A stretch of DNA of 34,095 nt from Spirogloea muscicola (lineage: Eukaryota): contig WELB01000003.1 in NCBI GenBank assembly GCA_009602725.1, forward strand, positions 960,064 through 994,158. Direction: 5' to 3'. The notes beneath the pieces were generated by a model. The model saw only the letters and a program-made list of their open reading frames with translations, was not told the origin of the DNA and ran no database searches. Shown one piece after another: positions 32,171 through 34,095 of this stretch (its first letter is position 1; each line of letters starts with the position of its first letter). A program made the translations under genes and the position numbers.

Positions 32171-33915
32171 TCAGGTGCGATGGAGCGGGTCGCGATTGGT
32201 GTCCTTGTAAAGCAGATACCGAGACCTTGTTGCGCCCAGTGCGGCGTACCTGTGGCGGGGTACGGGCATGAGGTGGAACAAGCAGAGGGCATCAGAAGGC
32301 TTCCAGTGCCGGACACTTGCAAGGTGTCCTGAGCCGATAACGTGACTGGCTACAGATGCAATGGTGGCAGACATCTGCAGACTGAAGGACAATGCATTAT
32401 ACAGTTTCTGGCGACTAGGTTTTGCCGGCAAGCCCAGCTTTGCCATACATAAGTCGTGATCATCAGCATTGATGATGGCTGAGCAGCTCAAAGTGACCGC
32501 ATGCACGAGTACACAGAAGGCTGTGACGAGCAGGGCACACCACTGCGGCACAAACGGTGCCATCCAGATGACGTCCCCAGCCTGCACAGGGTACCTGATC
32601 ACAAGAAGAGTGGACTCGAAGTATCAGCTGGCAGGTAGTTCTCTGATGTAGTACTAGCTACAAGTGAGGAGAAGCTGTTGCTTAGATCGCGTCACGCTGC
32701 AGGACACTGCCTGAGTCTGCCATCTTACCACTGATTATCCAGCCGGTAGATGCCTCGTCCCTCGAGGAGCAAAAGGCCGTGCTGGTTGTAGTGCACTTCC
32801 TGAAGCACGGCGCGAATGCATGTGGTAAGTATGAGGATGGCAGAAAGCTGTGCGACACTATGAAGGATGGCACAGACGATCTCCATGTCTGGCGCTAGGT
32901 TGCCATAACATCTGGCAACATATCAGCAACAAGGAGGCCTCCGTCTGCTCAATGTTATGGACTGCAGCAGGTTGATGCAGAGCTTGCAGCTCGAACTAAC
33001 TGAAGATTGTCTTGAGCTTCGTACCCAGACTATATCCATCTTATGATTGCCCATTGCTTTTGCAAAGACGAGTAGAGCGCCTGTTTCTAGTGCGTCAGAC
33101 AATGAGGCAGCTGTTGGGGGAGGACGAGCACCTTGACATTCAGGTACTCGCCAGGCTCAAAGTCCATAATCTGTGCATGCCAGCAGGTGAAAAGCATGCC
33201 GCGGCCTGAGATGCTCACGCAGCTTGCAGGCTTAGTCGGCACAAAGGAAGCTGGCACTCACTGCCATCAACACTCGGGAGCTTCACAGTATCCAGATCTC
33301 TGGAAGAGCTCAGCGTCTCTGCAGCTGCCAAGCATGCTGCTACACTGGGTCCTGCCGCACGTGGATGTTGAAGTCGTAGGCGGGCCCTGTGGGAAGCAGC
33401 TTCCGAAGTACAAAAACCTGCAGACGAGCAGCAGACAGACTATACTGACCCAATCCTGCATCTGGACAAGAACTGGATGAAGGTGAAGAGACAAATTTCA
33501 AGATCAACAGGGTCCAAGTCGAAAGTGAGCTTCAGGCTGACCTCGCCTGGCACTGCGACTACGGGCTGCTCATCTGTCGAGCCAACAACGGCCTCAGGCA
33601 CGTCGTCTGTGCCGTAACCCGGCTGGTACCTGACGCAACGGCAGCCCATAAAATGCTGAGAGCTGCACTTGAAGCAGTCTAATTGAAGTACAAGGTGCAC
33701 GGCATGCTTAGGTAGAAGTTACTGCACTTGGGTCTCATCTTCGGACATCCTTTGCTGCTCGTGTGAAGAGCGTACTGGCTACATTAGCACGCGGCAAAGG
33801 CACGCGGTGCGCTTGCCATTCTCTCTTACAAGCGTTCGAAGACAGCAAGCACGGCTCCCGAGGGCGACGCCAGCGCGTGGGGCTGGCCAGCAGGGGCGTA
33901 AGCAAACGAGTCTAC
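32171..33915 (-). CDS. UGLYAH: (S)-ureidoglycine aminohydrolase (bicupin), 3' portion; 5' exons lie beyond the window
   Basis: Successive exons: VDSFAYAP..VFER / VVGSTDEQP..VPGE / VFVLRKLLP..YDFNIH / IMDFEPGEYLNVK / EVHYNQHGLLLLEGRGIYRL / YPVQAGDVIWMAPFVPQW / YAALG.TRSRYLLYKDTNRDP*. Confidence 0.95.
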
Positions 33916-34095
33916 CTGTCAAGGGCGACAGGAGCGCGAGCAGGTGGGTGATGAGAGCAGGGAGCTGGAAGTGCTGCGAGCGGCTGCAAACGACCGGCGT
34001 GCGACATACGGTCGCTGGCAGTTGCCATGGAGCTGAAGCATTGTCGGAGCAAGCCAAGGGGGGGGAGATGCAGAATGGAGGACCGGGGAGGGAGG

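Overview
GC-rich, intron-containing eukaryotic genomic DNA. It is most consistent with a streptophyte/green alga (inference: plant-type endo-beta-mannosidase and ureidoglycine aminohydrolase together with cobalamin-trafficking domains that land plants lack). Supported genes: an intronless degenerate Tubby-C-like gene (-), a 3-exon HPD-motif (NFKBIL1-C/J-like) protein (+), an ABCD4-type half ABC transporter carrying an in-frame MMADHC/CblD domain between its membrane domain and NBD (+), a small hydrophilic 2-exon protein (-), a GH2 mannosylglycoprotein endo-beta-mannosidase (-), an EGF-like single-pass membrane protein (+), and the 3' part of UGlyAH (-). Two intergenic blocks (about 4.9-9.5 kb and 26.3-29.4 kb) hold at least 10 5'-truncated remnants of RLE-type non-LTR retrotransposons and about 25 copies of a short GGCTG-loop-CAGCC hairpin motif that appears to be their shared 3' tail. 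The most notable result is the ABCD4-CblD fusion, which joins two steps of the vitamin B12 trafficking pathway. Protein comparisons were made by eye from memory, not by database search.
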